53,409 nt of DNA, taken from positions 1 through 53,409 of IMG/VR virus record IMGVR_UViG_3300028923_000001. One strand, 5' to 3'. This document shows, one piece after another, positions 28,232 to 37,479 of this stretch. Position 1 is the first letter of the stretch. Each line of letters opens with the position of its first letter. Source of the stretch: a virus (lineage: Duplodnaviria; Caudoviricetes). Below the pieces are notes generated by a model that ran no database searches, had not been told where the DNA came from, and saw only the letters and a program-made list of their open reading frames with translations. A program made the position numbers and the translations under genes.

Positions 28232-28311
28232 CACACCCCAAAGCCCTCTCAAGAAGGGAATGAACAGTAGCGGGCGCACACCGTGCGCCCGTACGATACG
28301 AGAGATAGAAG

Positions 28312-29064
28312 ATGGCGCAGGTAGTTGAACAGTTGGTCGCTCTGGTATGTGAGGCATGCCGGACGGTGAATACCAAGACCGGAGATTTGCAAAGACCATC
28401 TGAACAAGCGGTGAAGTTCGCGATTTTGTCGTACGCACAGCGTCTGATGGCCGAGGACTGGAAATTTCTCGAAGATGAAAAAACGGACAGAACCGTGGCG
28501 ACGATAGCGACCTACACGCTCTCGGGGAACAACAACAACTGCGGGAAGATCATCTATCTGTCTTACGACGGTGAGGATTTCACCAAGGGGCATTATTGCG
28601 ACTCGGAGGAATTCGCTCGCTTCTATGATGCCGATAACGCTCAGAACGTGGCGGTGTTGAAATGGACGATCAAGGGATATTTGAATAAGCACCCGATCGC
28701 AACATTTTACGGCACGCCAATGGAGACCGGCAAAGAGATTTTCTACCGGTTCAAGCGGATCATCGATTCGTCGGACCCGCTGGCGGTTTTGCCCGGTGAT
28801 ATGATCGATGTAATCGCCGCCAAGATGATCTGGCGGTTTCATCCGAGTGCGCAGGAAAAGCAGGCGGCATTGCAGGACTGGATAGAGGCATTGGTGGCGG
28901 CGAAGGAACGCTGGATTCCGGAAATCGGACTGCCGCGCGAACCGCAAATCAACGAAGAGCAGATGGACAGGAATTATGAAATCAACATGGCGATGGCTGG
29001 TCACGGCTGTAGTAGTAGCGCTCGGCGCGTGGTCGATGTCGGGACAATGCGCTACCTGCGGTGA
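28312..29064 (+). CDS. Putative head-tail adaptor 1 (no signal peptide)
   Basis: AILSYAQRLMAEDWKFLE...TVATIATYTL...FYGTP...IFYRFKR...P....DVI pattern and position. Confidence 0.6.
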   Translation: MAQVVEQLVALVCEACRTVNTKTGDLQRPSEQAVKFAILSYAQRLMAEDWKFLEDEKTDRTVATIATYTLSGNNNNCGKIIYLSYDGEDFTKGHYCDSEEFARFYDADNAQNVAVLKWTIKGYLNKHPIATFYGTPMETGKEIFYRFKRIIDSSDPLAVLPGDMIDVIAAKMIWRFHPSAQEKQAALQDWIEALVAAKERWIPEIGLPREPQINEEQMDRNYEINMAMAGHGCSSSARRVVDVGTMRYLR

Positions 29065-29710
29065 TTGGATCGAGCTTTACCGATTGATCAGCGCCAATCC
29101 GGACTCGACTCTGGGAGCGAGTCCTCATACGAACGCGCAGATCCGCGTCGCCATGAATGTCGCGCAGAGAGAAATCGCAGCGGCCACCTGCGCAGTGCAA
29201 CGGGAGACGACCTACACTCTCACGGCGAGCGTCTGCTACAAACTGCCGTACCGGTTCATCGCGCCGCGGGCACTGTATCTGATCAGGCCGAACGCCAACG
29301 GTTACGACCGAGTGACGTACCGCGATGCCCAGGAATTTCCCAGTGTGAAAAAACCGGGAGCCGAATTGGCGGGGGAAACGGCCGGGACCAATACCGATCA
29401 ATCCAGGGTCGATTTTGTGACGGAATTTTCGGTGTTTGGGGATTCGCTTAAGATCAATCCCATGCTGGGCGAGGTAACGGGTCACGACTTGCGACTGGAT
29501 TATTGCGCCTATCCCACACCACTGACGAGCGACAGCCAGACCTGCGATTTGCCCGAGTATTGTGATTTCGCGGTGGTCAAATTAGCCGAGTGGATTCTGA
29601 ACTCGGCCAATCTGACAATCACGGAAGAGACGGCAGCGCTGACGAACCTGAGCAGCATGGCGGGGTATTTTGTGGAGCGGTACGCGAGAAAGGTGGAGGC
29701 GGGAAAGTGA
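28976..29710 (+). CDS. Putative head-tail adaptor 2 with N-terminal signal peptide
   Basis: MNVAQREIA...YKLPYRFI...LKINP...LRLDYCAYPTPL...DLPEYCDFAVV adaptor pattern; leader MKSTWRWLVTAVVVALGAWSMSGQCA. Confidence 0.65.
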   Translation: MKSTWRWLVTAVVVALGAWSMSGQCATCGDWIELYRLISANPDSTLGASPHTNAQIRVAMNVAQREIAAATCAVQRETTYTLTASVCYKLPYRFIAPRALYLIRPNANGYDRVTYRDAQEFPSVKKPGAELAGETAGTNTDQSRVDFVTEFSVFGDSLKINPMLGEVTGHDLRLDYCAYPTPLTSDSQTCDLPEYCDFAVVKLAEWILNSANLTITEETAALTNLSSMAGYFVERYARKVEAGK

Positions 29711-30864
29711 TTGAGCTCCATTGCGGAGACTGGGTGCAAGTGCTGAAGACGCTTCCCGACGAGTCTGTCAACTGCGTGGTGACGAGTCCGCCGTACTGGG
29801 GGCTGCGAGACTACGGCATTGCTGGGCAAATCGGACTCGAAAAGACGCCGGAGGAATACGTTGCGAAGATCGTTGCCGGATTCCGTGAGGTCAGGCGGGT
29901 GTTGCGCAAGGACGGGACGTTGTGGTTGAATCTGGGGGATTCGTACGCCGGTTCTGGACGCGGACGTGATGCTGATGGAACTCGAGGTGAAGGACAGGAA
30001 AATACCAAGCAGGGCACGAACCGTGGAGCGATGGCCGGACGCTTGGTGAATACGAAGTCCCTGAGCAAGAATCTTATCGAACAAGGTGCAATCGGGAACG
30101 CATGGGTCAAACCGCCGATGGGTCTCAAGCCGAAAGACTTGTGCATGATACCGGCGCGGATGGCGCTGGCGTTGCAGGCGGATGGTTGGTGGTTGCGGAT
30201 GGATATTATTTGGGCGAAACCGAACCCGATGCCGGAGTCAGTGACCGACAGGCCGACGAAGAGCCACGAATATGTGTTCCTGATGTCGAAGAGCGCGAAG
30301 TATTACTACGACGCGGATGCGATCGCGGAACGGCTTACTGATTCGAGTATCATTCGCCTATCGCAAGATGTTGACGGTCAAGTTGGGTCGGATCGGGTGC
30401 ACGGTAAGACAAACGGCGCAATGAAGGCCGTCTACAAAAAGGAAGGTCGCAACAGCCACTTTCACCAAGACCGAGACCCGCAGCATTCGAGTGAGCGGAA
30501 GCAACGCAAACGCGACGGTACGAATAATGGCAGCGATGGCACGGGATTCCAAACTCACAACGGCAATTCGCTGAACCGGCCAGACGGCAAGCGCAACAAG
30601 CGGTCGGTTTGGACTATTGCCACGCAGGCGATGAAGGAAGCGCACTTTGCGACGTTCCCGGAGAAACTTGTCGAACCGTGCATCCTTGCGGGATGTCCTG
30701 AAGGTGGTGTGGTGCTTGACCCGTTTGCCGGAACCTGTACGGTCGGATTGGTGGCGGCAAGACTCAATCGCAGTTTTATCGGGATCGACCTGAATCCCGA
30801 ATACCTGAAGATGCGGCAGAAGGAGATTGATGCGATTCTCCGGCAGGAACGGATGGCGGTGTGA
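29707..30864 (+). CDS. Beta-class N4-C/N6-A DNA methyltransferase
   Basis: VTSPPYWGLRDY, IIWAKPNPMPES..DRPTKSHEY, HFATFP, VLDPFAG; GTGA overlaps at both ends. Confidence 0.93.
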   Translation: MIELHCGDWVQVLKTLPDESVNCVVTSPPYWGLRDYGIAGQIGLEKTPEEYVAKIVAGFREVRRVLRKDGTLWLNLGDSYAGSGRGRDADGTRGEGQENTKQGTNRGAMAGRLVNTKSLSKNLIEQGAIGNAWVKPPMGLKPKDLCMIPARMALALQADGWWLRMDIIWAKPNPMPESVTDRPTKSHEYVFLMSKSAKYYYDADAIAERLTDSSIIRLSQDVDGQVGSDRVHGKTNGAMKAVYKKEGRNSHFHQDRDPQHSSERKQRKRDGTNNGSDGTGFQTHNGNSLNRPDGKRNKRSVWTIATQAMKEAHFATFPEKLVEPCILAGCPEGGVVLDPFAGTCTVGLVAARLNRSFIGIDLNPEYLKMRQKEIDAILRQERMAV

Positions 30865-33707
30865 GGAATAGATGCACCCGCAGAAAAGGATTCCTGGCGA
30901 TGGTCGGAATGTTGGTGATGGCGGCAGTCGTGTTGGGGATGAGGCCGGAGTCGGAACAGACGGCTGATCTCGGACCGTGGTCGGGAGGAGTCAATATCAC
31001 AACGGATTCGTCGCAACTGCCGGCGAATCAACTTCAAGCGGCAAGCAACTTCATCTGGCACGACAACCAGCTCGAAGCACGGCAGGGATTTTACCAGTAC
31101 GTCGAGCCGCTCTCCGGTAATTCGACCAAATGGATGCAGATCTTCCGGAACACGACGGGGCAGAAATACCTCTTCTACTCGGACGGCAAAAAACTGTGGT
31201 GTCGGCGCAACCTGACCGACACTTCCGTGGCGATCAACTACGGCAGAGTCAGTCGCGGTTGCGCGAATACGACCGCGGGAAGCAAGATCGTGGACATCGA
31301 CACCGTCGGCGAAGCCAAGGTGCGGTCTTTGATCGGAACGGGAGAAGAGTGGACAATCACGGTCGGGGACACGAACCGGATAATCGACTTCGTGCTGGAC
31401 GATACGCTGATCTACGTGACGGTGGCGTTCTCGACGACGATGACTTGCGAAGCGTACAACATCGATCTGCAAGCCATCGAGGTGAGACAGGCGTTGCCGG
31501 TCTCGAACAATCTCTGGTTCTATACCAACACGGGCAAGTTCTACTTCAACAAGCCGGATTCGGTGGTGATCACCGACCCGCTGACGGCGGAGCGCTGGCA
31601 AATGACGACGCCGTACGTGGCGCGCAGCTGCTGGAATTCCAACAATCCGACACTGCGATTCACGGCGAGTTCATTCACGGGGAGCAACTACGCAGGAAAG
31701 TTTCTGCGACTGACAACCGACCCGAAATCGTGCGTGGCACATAATCCGATTCCGGCGGGACATGCCTTCTACATGCCGTATCCGATACAAACATCGGCCT
31801 CCGGACTGATCTACACCCGGGGAGCCGCGTTTATGCCGGACTCGGTCGGCGCCGGCGCGGCGGAGTATTTCACGATCGAGGATTTGAAGTACGACTCGAC
31901 CACGCTGGAATTCATCACCGTTGACAGCATCCAGCGGTGCCTGCAGGACTCGACTGAGTGGTCGACCTGCAACGGCGCCGAGGCGACCTACCTGAAAATC
32001 TGGCTGCGGTCGATGCCGGACACAATGGCATACGGCACCGGCGACTGGTTCGTCAGCCCGTCAGTGACAACGACAACGATGGGAGGGGGAACGCGCAGTG
32101 GCGCCACGTATGCGACAATCGTGAACGTCATTCGCGGGTCGAGATTTACCACCCCGGATAAGCCGGCGGTCAAAGTCTCTTCGATGACGTTCAAGTTCTA
32201 CGGCCTGAACAATACGGCCAACCAGGTCAAAGGGGCGATTTACACCGCGGGCAGAACCCTTGTCGATACCACAACCACGGCACTGGCCTCACTAGCGGCG
32301 AGTGCCGTGGAGTTGACCTTCGCCGATCCGGTCGACCTGCTTGGCAACACGCAATACTGCTTCGTGGTCTGGTGCAATTCGAGCGGTATCGGCCTTGATC
32401 TGCTGAAAAATGCTCAGTCGGGATACGGTTTCTGGTCACAGAACCGGACTTACTCCGGAACATTTCCGACGACGTTCGTGCCGAACGACTCCACGCCGTA
32501 CCAGGCGTGCGTCGACGTGGCCGTAAACTATTTCGATTCGACGGCGACGACCAATCGGGACGCTCTGACCTGCTATCCAGTCGCCGGCGGTTACGTGACG
32601 GCGGATTCCTGCATTTACGTGGCCTCGGACGCGGCTGGATTTCACGATCACGACACCTGCCGGATAGCCATGTTCCGGATGAAGAAGGACGTGAGCAAAC
32701 TTACCGTGGGAATCGGCTGGGCGACGGTGCATAACAAGACCGTTTTCGAGCGCCGAGACGAGACGCCGGACCATCTCTACTATTCCGAGCCCAATATGCC
32801 GGACAGTTTCCTGTCGAGCCATGTGATGGTGATCGAATCGGGAAATCCGATTGTCTGCGGCGGCGAGCAGGGATCGGATGAGATCATCTACACGGCAACG
32901 AGCCGGTACGGGGTCACCTATGCCGGATCAGGGGTATACCAGCATCAATATCTGGACGGATTTCGCGGCTGCGTAGCTCAGAAGAGCTTCATCAATATCG
33001 ATGGCGTGCACTACGGGCTGTCCGCAGATGGGTATTGGGAGACGTCAGGAGAGGCTCCGACGCTGATCTCACAGCCCGTAGCTTCCTATTTCCTGGACTC
33101 GCTGGACTGGAATCAACTGGACAAAATCGCGACCGGTTACGACGCGGAGAATGACATGATCGCGATCTCGTTTCCGACCAAAGGCTCGGCGGTCAATAAC
33201 GTAACGCTGTACTATCATCGGGGAACGGGATCGTGGTGGCCGCAGACGTTTCACGCGGGATCTTATGCCTACAACGGGGACGTGACGATTTCCGACAGCG
33301 TGCGGTTTCTGGCCGGTGGTGCGGATTCCAGTCGGGTGCTGGTTCGTGGGGGAAGAACTGACGCAGGAACTCGGTTCGCGGCGAACCTGAAAACCGCCTA
33401 CCTCGATTTCGGAGTTCCGCTGAACAGCAAGAGGCTGCTGGAATACACGTTTGGATATTCGGCGCCAGACACATCGACAGGGACGTTAACGGGCAGATGC
33501 CTGAGGGTCGTGAATGGGAGTCTGGCGTCGAGTTCCACCATGGCGGTGCCGTTTGCAATCAGTTCGGGTTGGAATCGCAAGAATCTACGGCTGCCGGCGG
33601 GATATTTCTCCGGGCAGGCGATCAGACTTGACGCGGAGTTCAGCAATGCCTCGGGGCTGAAAGTGCCAACCATAAAGGTGAAGGTGATCGTGGGAGGTGA
33701 GAGGTGA
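30861..33707 (+). CDS. Tail nozzle / stabilisation protein (beta-propeller type) with N-terminal signal peptide
   Basis: WSGGVN.......LPANQLQAASNF......LEARQGF, LYYSEPNMPDSF, GCVAQKS, PTLISQPV, LKTAYLDFG.PLNSKRL; leader MRNRCTRRKGFLAMVGMLVMAAVVLG. Confidence 0.72.
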   Translation: MRNRCTRRKGFLAMVGMLVMAAVVLGMRPESEQTADLGPWSGGVNITTDSSQLPANQLQAASNFIWHDNQLEARQGFYQYVEPLSGNSTKWMQIFRNTTGQKYLFYSDGKKLWCRRNLTDTSVAINYGRVSRGCANTTAGSKIVDIDTVGEAKVRSLIGTGEEWTITVGDTNRIIDFVLDDTLIYVTVAFSTTMTCEAYNIDLQAIEVRQALPVSNNLWFYTNTGKFYFNKPDSVVITDPLTAERWQMTTPYVARSCWNSNNPTLRFTASSFTGSNYAGKFLRLTTDPKSCVAHNPIPAGHAFYMPYPIQTSASGLIYTRGAAFMPDSVGAGAAEYFTIEDLKYDSTTLEFITVDSIQRCLQDSTEWSTCNGAEATYLKIWLRSMPDTMAYGTGDWFVSPSVTTTTMGGGTRSGATYATIVNVIRGSRFTTPDKPAVKVSSMTFKFYGLNNTANQVKGAIYTAGRTLVDTTTTALASLAASAVELTFADPVDLLGNTQYCFVVWCNSSGIGLDLLKNAQSGYGFWSQNRTYSGTFPTTFVPNDSTPYQACVDVAVNYFDSTATTNRDALTCYPVAGGYVTADSCIYVASDAAGFHDHDTCRIAMFRMKKDVSKLTVGIGWATVHNKTVFERRDETPDHLYYSEPNMPDSFLSSHVMVIESGNPIVCGGEQGSDEIIYTATSRYGVTYAGSGVYQHQYLDGFRGCVAQKSFINIDGVHYGLSADGYWETSGEAPTLISQPVASYFLDSLDWNQLDKIATGYDAENDMIAISFPTKGSAVNNVTLYYHRGTGSWWPQTFHAGSYAYNGDVTISDSVRFLAGGADSSRVLVRGGRTDAGTRFAANLKTAYLDFGVPLNSKRLLEYTFGYSAPDTSTGTLTGRCLRVVNGSLASSSTMAVPFAISSGWNRKNLRLPAGYFSGQAIRLDAEFSNASGLKVPTIKVKVIVGGER

Positions 33708-34156
33708 GACAGCGGTCGCGGATCTGGGATGTGATTCTGTTCACTTTCATGGGGCTGGTGCTGTTCGCGACGGTCTATGCGGCTCTGCAGCCGACCTCGC
33801 TCGAGGAATATAACCCGCAGGACAGCGGCACGGGACTGCGACTCAAGATGAATCGCAATCAGGAACGCATACAGTTCGTGACAAACTCGCAGCGGATCGC
33901 GATCGACACCAACGCGGTGCAGCGGTTCGAAGTCGTGGTGAACGACGTCGACACGGTGACCCTGCCGCAACCGTATACGGACGACGATTTTCAGATTTGC
34001 CCCTGGCCGATGGTCTGGTACGGCACGGCACCGACATCGTTCGGATTGACGGCGGTGGCACTGACCGATTCGACGTTTGTGATCGACATGGGGGGAACGG
34101 ATGACTCGGTCAGGATTCAGGTGATCACGGCCGGATGTATGTTGGGAAGGGAGTGA
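33704..34156 (+). CDS. Small tail-associated protein with signal peptide
   Basis: MRQRSRIWDVILFTFMGLVLFATVYA; beta-rich C-domain (VTLPQPY). Confidence 0.6.
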   Translation: MRQRSRIWDVILFTFMGLVLFATVYAALQPTSLEEYNPQDSGTGLRLKMNRNQERIQFVTNSQRIAIDTNAVQRFEVVVNDVDTVTLPQPYTDDDFQICPWPMVWYGTAPTSFGLTAVALTDSTFVIDMGGTDDSVRIQVITAGCMLGRE

Positions 34157-34158
34157 AG

Positions 34159-36420
34159 ATGGCGGTATTTGTTGCGACGAAAAAGAAGAAGTCTTTGATC
34201 GATCAGGCAGGCGACGTGAATGCGGTTAGTACGCAAAAAACCGATGCGCAAACGGCACTGACCAAAGATCCGAACCAGTTAACGCAGCAATATCCGGCAG
34301 CGGGAACGATGGCAGGCGGACAACGACGCAGCGGGGCGTTTGCGGTAAGACGAAGGCTGAAACGAAATGTTACGCCGACGGGGACGACGACCACAATCGA
34401 TACCACCGGCATCAGAGGACCACAAGCGGAAACTCCGACCAGCACAACCACAACGCCAGTAAACGTGGATGCACAGTCGCAGCAGTTGGCCACTCTGGCT
34501 ACTCAGATGCAGACAGCACGCGAAGCCGGGGACATGGGCAAACTCAACACGCTTACCGCTCAATATCAGTCTCTCGTTCAGTCCATGCAGAAGCAGGTCG
34601 CGGCGACGCCAGCGACGACAGCCACGACGGCCGCGACTGAAGTCGCTCCTACAGCAAAGGTGGCGGCTCCGACTACGGCGCAAGGAGAGACATCCTCGCC
34701 GGCACCGACAACGATTCCGGAAGCCGAAACGACGGGCACAACGACGGCAACGGGACAAAAGCAACAGGAATATAACGAGACACTTGCCACCCGCACGGGC
34801 AACGCCAGGTCACAGCTCAAAGATAAGGGTGGACTGCCCGATACGGCATCCGACGTAATTCTCAACTGGATGACGCAGAACAACTACCAAATGCCGTCAG
34901 GACAGCAGCTAAACGATATGCTGGAGCAGGCCGGATGGACGGCCAAGGGTGATGGCACGTTCACAAACGCGGCAGGCGACAGTTTCTTCCTTGGCAATGA
35001 CACCGGATTGGCCGTTCTCCGTGACTGGTCGGCTGAAGCACAGAATCTGACTACGACCTACAACGAGCAAGGACAATATGAAGACCGACTGAACGAGATG
35101 TTCGACAGCCAGGCGGCACAGTCGGGATACAAGATCGAGGATCTGCCGGAGACGCTGAAAAACGAGATGTACCGCGAAGCCATTGACGCGATGAAAAACG
35201 GCAAGGACGCAACGGACATCATCAATGACTATCTGAGTTACTTCAACGAGAACCCCGATTTTTCGCTTGGGAACAATCAGTATCAGGCGACGGCCGATGA
35301 ACTCCACGCCTACCAGAACGTGGCCACCCCGGAAGTGACCAAAGAGAATATCACCGTCGGCGGCGGTGACACCTCGAAGATCAGCGAAGCACTGGCCTCG
35401 GCGACGCAATCGGCTGCCGGTGATCAGGCGACCCAGCTGGCGCTTCAGGCGGCGGCCAAACGGTTGCAAGAGCCGGGAGGATTTACCAGCGAGGACATTG
35501 ACGCCCTGACGGCCGGGAAGTTCTCGCAGATCGAATCACAACTGCAGGCGGATATCAGCGCGCTGCAGCATGATGCGGCCGCCTCCGGTCTGGCCGAGGG
35601 AGTGGTGGTTCAACAGGTCGCGGAACTGCGTCAGAAGGCACTGGCCGACAAACAGACAATCGTGGCTGATCTGCTCAAAGAAAAGATGGCCAACGACGAG
35701 ACCGGATTCCAGAATTCGCTGTCGACTTTGACGGGACTTTCGAAACAGGAAGCGGATCGGCTGGTGGCGGCGCGCGGGCAGACGATCACGGGACAGACGG
35801 CGGCAACGGAGATCACGGCGGAAACGGCGCAGGCACAGGCGGAAATCGATTACAAGAGCAAGGCGCTTTTCCAGGAAGGCCAGTTGACGGCGGCGGGGCA
35901 GCAGATCGATCAGAATCTGCAGGCCTACAACATGTCGCTTGAGAAGTATCAGACGGACAAGGGATTCGACGAAGCGGGATTTGACCGGGATCTCAAGGAA
36001 CGAATCGCTCAATCGGGAGCGACTCAGGCCGAGGCGGAACTTGAGTTCAACCAGATCAAAGAGTCGATCACGGCCGCGCAGGAGCAGACCAAACAGACCG
36101 ACACCAGAAATGCTGAGATCGCCAATCTTGAACAAGATGCCGCTCAGGGTGATCAGGATGCGGCTTACAAGATTCAGGGACTGAAGGTCGAGCAGGATCT
36201 GCAGAACGCCGGGTTCACGAACGACCAACAGAAGACACTCGGAACGCTCATCTACGGGTTGCTGAGTCAGCGAATCCAGATCACAGCCGACATGGAGATG
36301 TTGCTCAAGAAATACCAGCTTGAGGAAGCACTGCAGGGATCCGAGACGATGGACTTCATCGGACAGATATTGGGAATGGGTGCGACAGTTGTTGGTGGTG
36401 CGCTCGGAGGGAAAGGGTAA
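34159..36420 (+). CDS. Putative internal virion / ejection protein
   Basis: A/Q/T-rich helical protein ending GQILGMGATVVGGALGG; follows nozzle. Confidence 0.6.
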   Translation: MAVFVATKKKKSLIDQAGDVNAVSTQKTDAQTALTKDPNQLTQQYPAAGTMAGGQRRSGAFAVRRRLKRNVTPTGTTTTIDTTGIRGPQAETPTSTTTTPVNVDAQSQQLATLATQMQTAREAGDMGKLNTLTAQYQSLVQSMQKQVAATPATTATTAATEVAPTAKVAAPTTAQGETSSPAPTTIPEAETTGTTTATGQKQQEYNETLATRTGNARSQLKDKGGLPDTASDVILNWMTQNNYQMPSGQQLNDMLEQAGWTAKGDGTFTNAAGDSFFLGNDTGLAVLRDWSAEAQNLTTTYNEQGQYEDRLNEMFDSQAAQSGYKIEDLPETLKNEMYREAIDAMKNGKDATDIINDYLSYFNENPDFSLGNNQYQATADELHAYQNVATPEVTKENITVGGGDTSKISEALASATQSAAGDQATQLALQAAAKRLQEPGGFTSEDIDALTAGKFSQIESQLQADISALQHDAAASGLAEGVVVQQVAELRQKALADKQTIVADLLKEKMANDETGFQNSLSTLTGLSKQEADRLVAARGQTITGQTAATEITAETAQAQAEIDYKSKALFQEGQLTAAGQQIDQNLQAYNMSLEKYQTDKGFDEAGFDRDLKERIAQSGATQAEAELEFNQIKESITAAQEQTKQTDTRNAEIANLEQDAAQGDQDAAYKIQGLKVEQDLQNAGFTNDQQKTLGTLIYGLLSQRIQITADMEMLLKKYQLEEALQGSETMDFIGQILGMGATVVGGALGGKG

Positions 36421-36426
36421 TAGAAG

Positions 36427-37479
36427 ATGTCTAAGATGGGAATTGCTCAGGGATTTGCCCGCACAAATCGATTCTCCGATGCCTATATGGAATCGTTGCA
36501 CGATAAGGTACAGAAGCAGCTTCAGGAGCAGGGTTTCGCGAATCGCTCATTGTTGGACCAGCAACAGGATGAGCGGAGGCGAAAGGCCGAAAAGGAAGAT
36601 GCGGCCGATCTGACCAAGCAAACGGAAAAAGCCAACCAGGATGCGATCAACCGGCAGAAGGCGGCGTTTGAGGCTGATGTCAACGCCGATGCGAGTCTGG
36701 ATCCGGCAACGAAATCGCGGGCGTTGGCTCTGAGTGCGCTGGGTACGTCCGAGGGACTCACGAGGGCACAGGCGGTAGTCGATGCAGCCCGGAAGACGGC
36801 TGCGACACCGGCGAAGAGCGACAAGGCGGCGGAATACAAGGACAAGATCGCGGAACTCGGAGGCTGGGAGGCGGCAAAGAAAGCCGATCCGACACTGATT
36901 GCAAAGGCCGAGGTCTACGGGGTCAAGCCGGAAGAAGTGAAGGGGGAGAAGGTACTGGACAGGGATAAGCCGCCCAGTGCTCAGGAAATGATCGATGCGG
37001 CATTAGCACATATCAAGGGACAAAAGGCATCGGCTCAGGCCATAGAGGCGAAGCTTATTGGAGAGCGCGTACCGGCTGAGAAGGCCCATGCAAGTGCAGT
37101 TCGGATCATGGAGTTAGAACCGGACGAGCGGAAGGCGGCTATCAAGTTTTTGCAGAGCGTGTATGGCAAGAAGAATCCGCTAGTAGCGGATAGCATCATC
37201 GCGGATTGGAGTCAGCCGGGGGATTTTGAGATGCCGATTGACCCGAATGCGAATCCGCTTGGTGCAAAATTGGAAACCGCGACGGCGAGGCCAGCAACAG
37301 GGCCAGCCGCTGCGGTGTTGCCAGAAAGGAAACCCACCGCGGTGGGTGGGACACCCGCAAGTCAACCGGAGGCGGCGCCGGCAGGGGAGATATCGAAGGA
37401 AAAGGAAATGTCGCTCTACGAAAAGGAGCGGCAGCTGGATGAGATCCTGAAGAAACTCCGTGAGGAACCGGCAGAGTGA
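36427..37479 (+). CDS. Putative internal virion / ejection protein
   Basis: MGIAQGF start and charged coiled coil; position. Confidence 0.55.
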   Translation: MSKMGIAQGFARTNRFSDAYMESLHDKVQKQLQEQGFANRSLLDQQQDERRRKAEKEDAADLTKQTEKANQDAINRQKAAFEADVNADASLDPATKSRALALSALGTSEGLTRAQAVVDAARKTAATPAKSDKAAEYKDKIAELGGWEAAKKADPTLIAKAEVYGVKPEEVKGEKVLDRDKPPSAQEMIDAALAHIKGQKASAQAIEAKLIGERVPAEKAHASAVRIMELEPDERKAAIKFLQSVYGKKNPLVADSIIADWSQPGDFEMPIDPNANPLGAKLETATARPATGPAAAVLPERKPTAVGGTPASQPEAAPAGEISKEKEMSLYEKERQLDEILKKLREEPAE

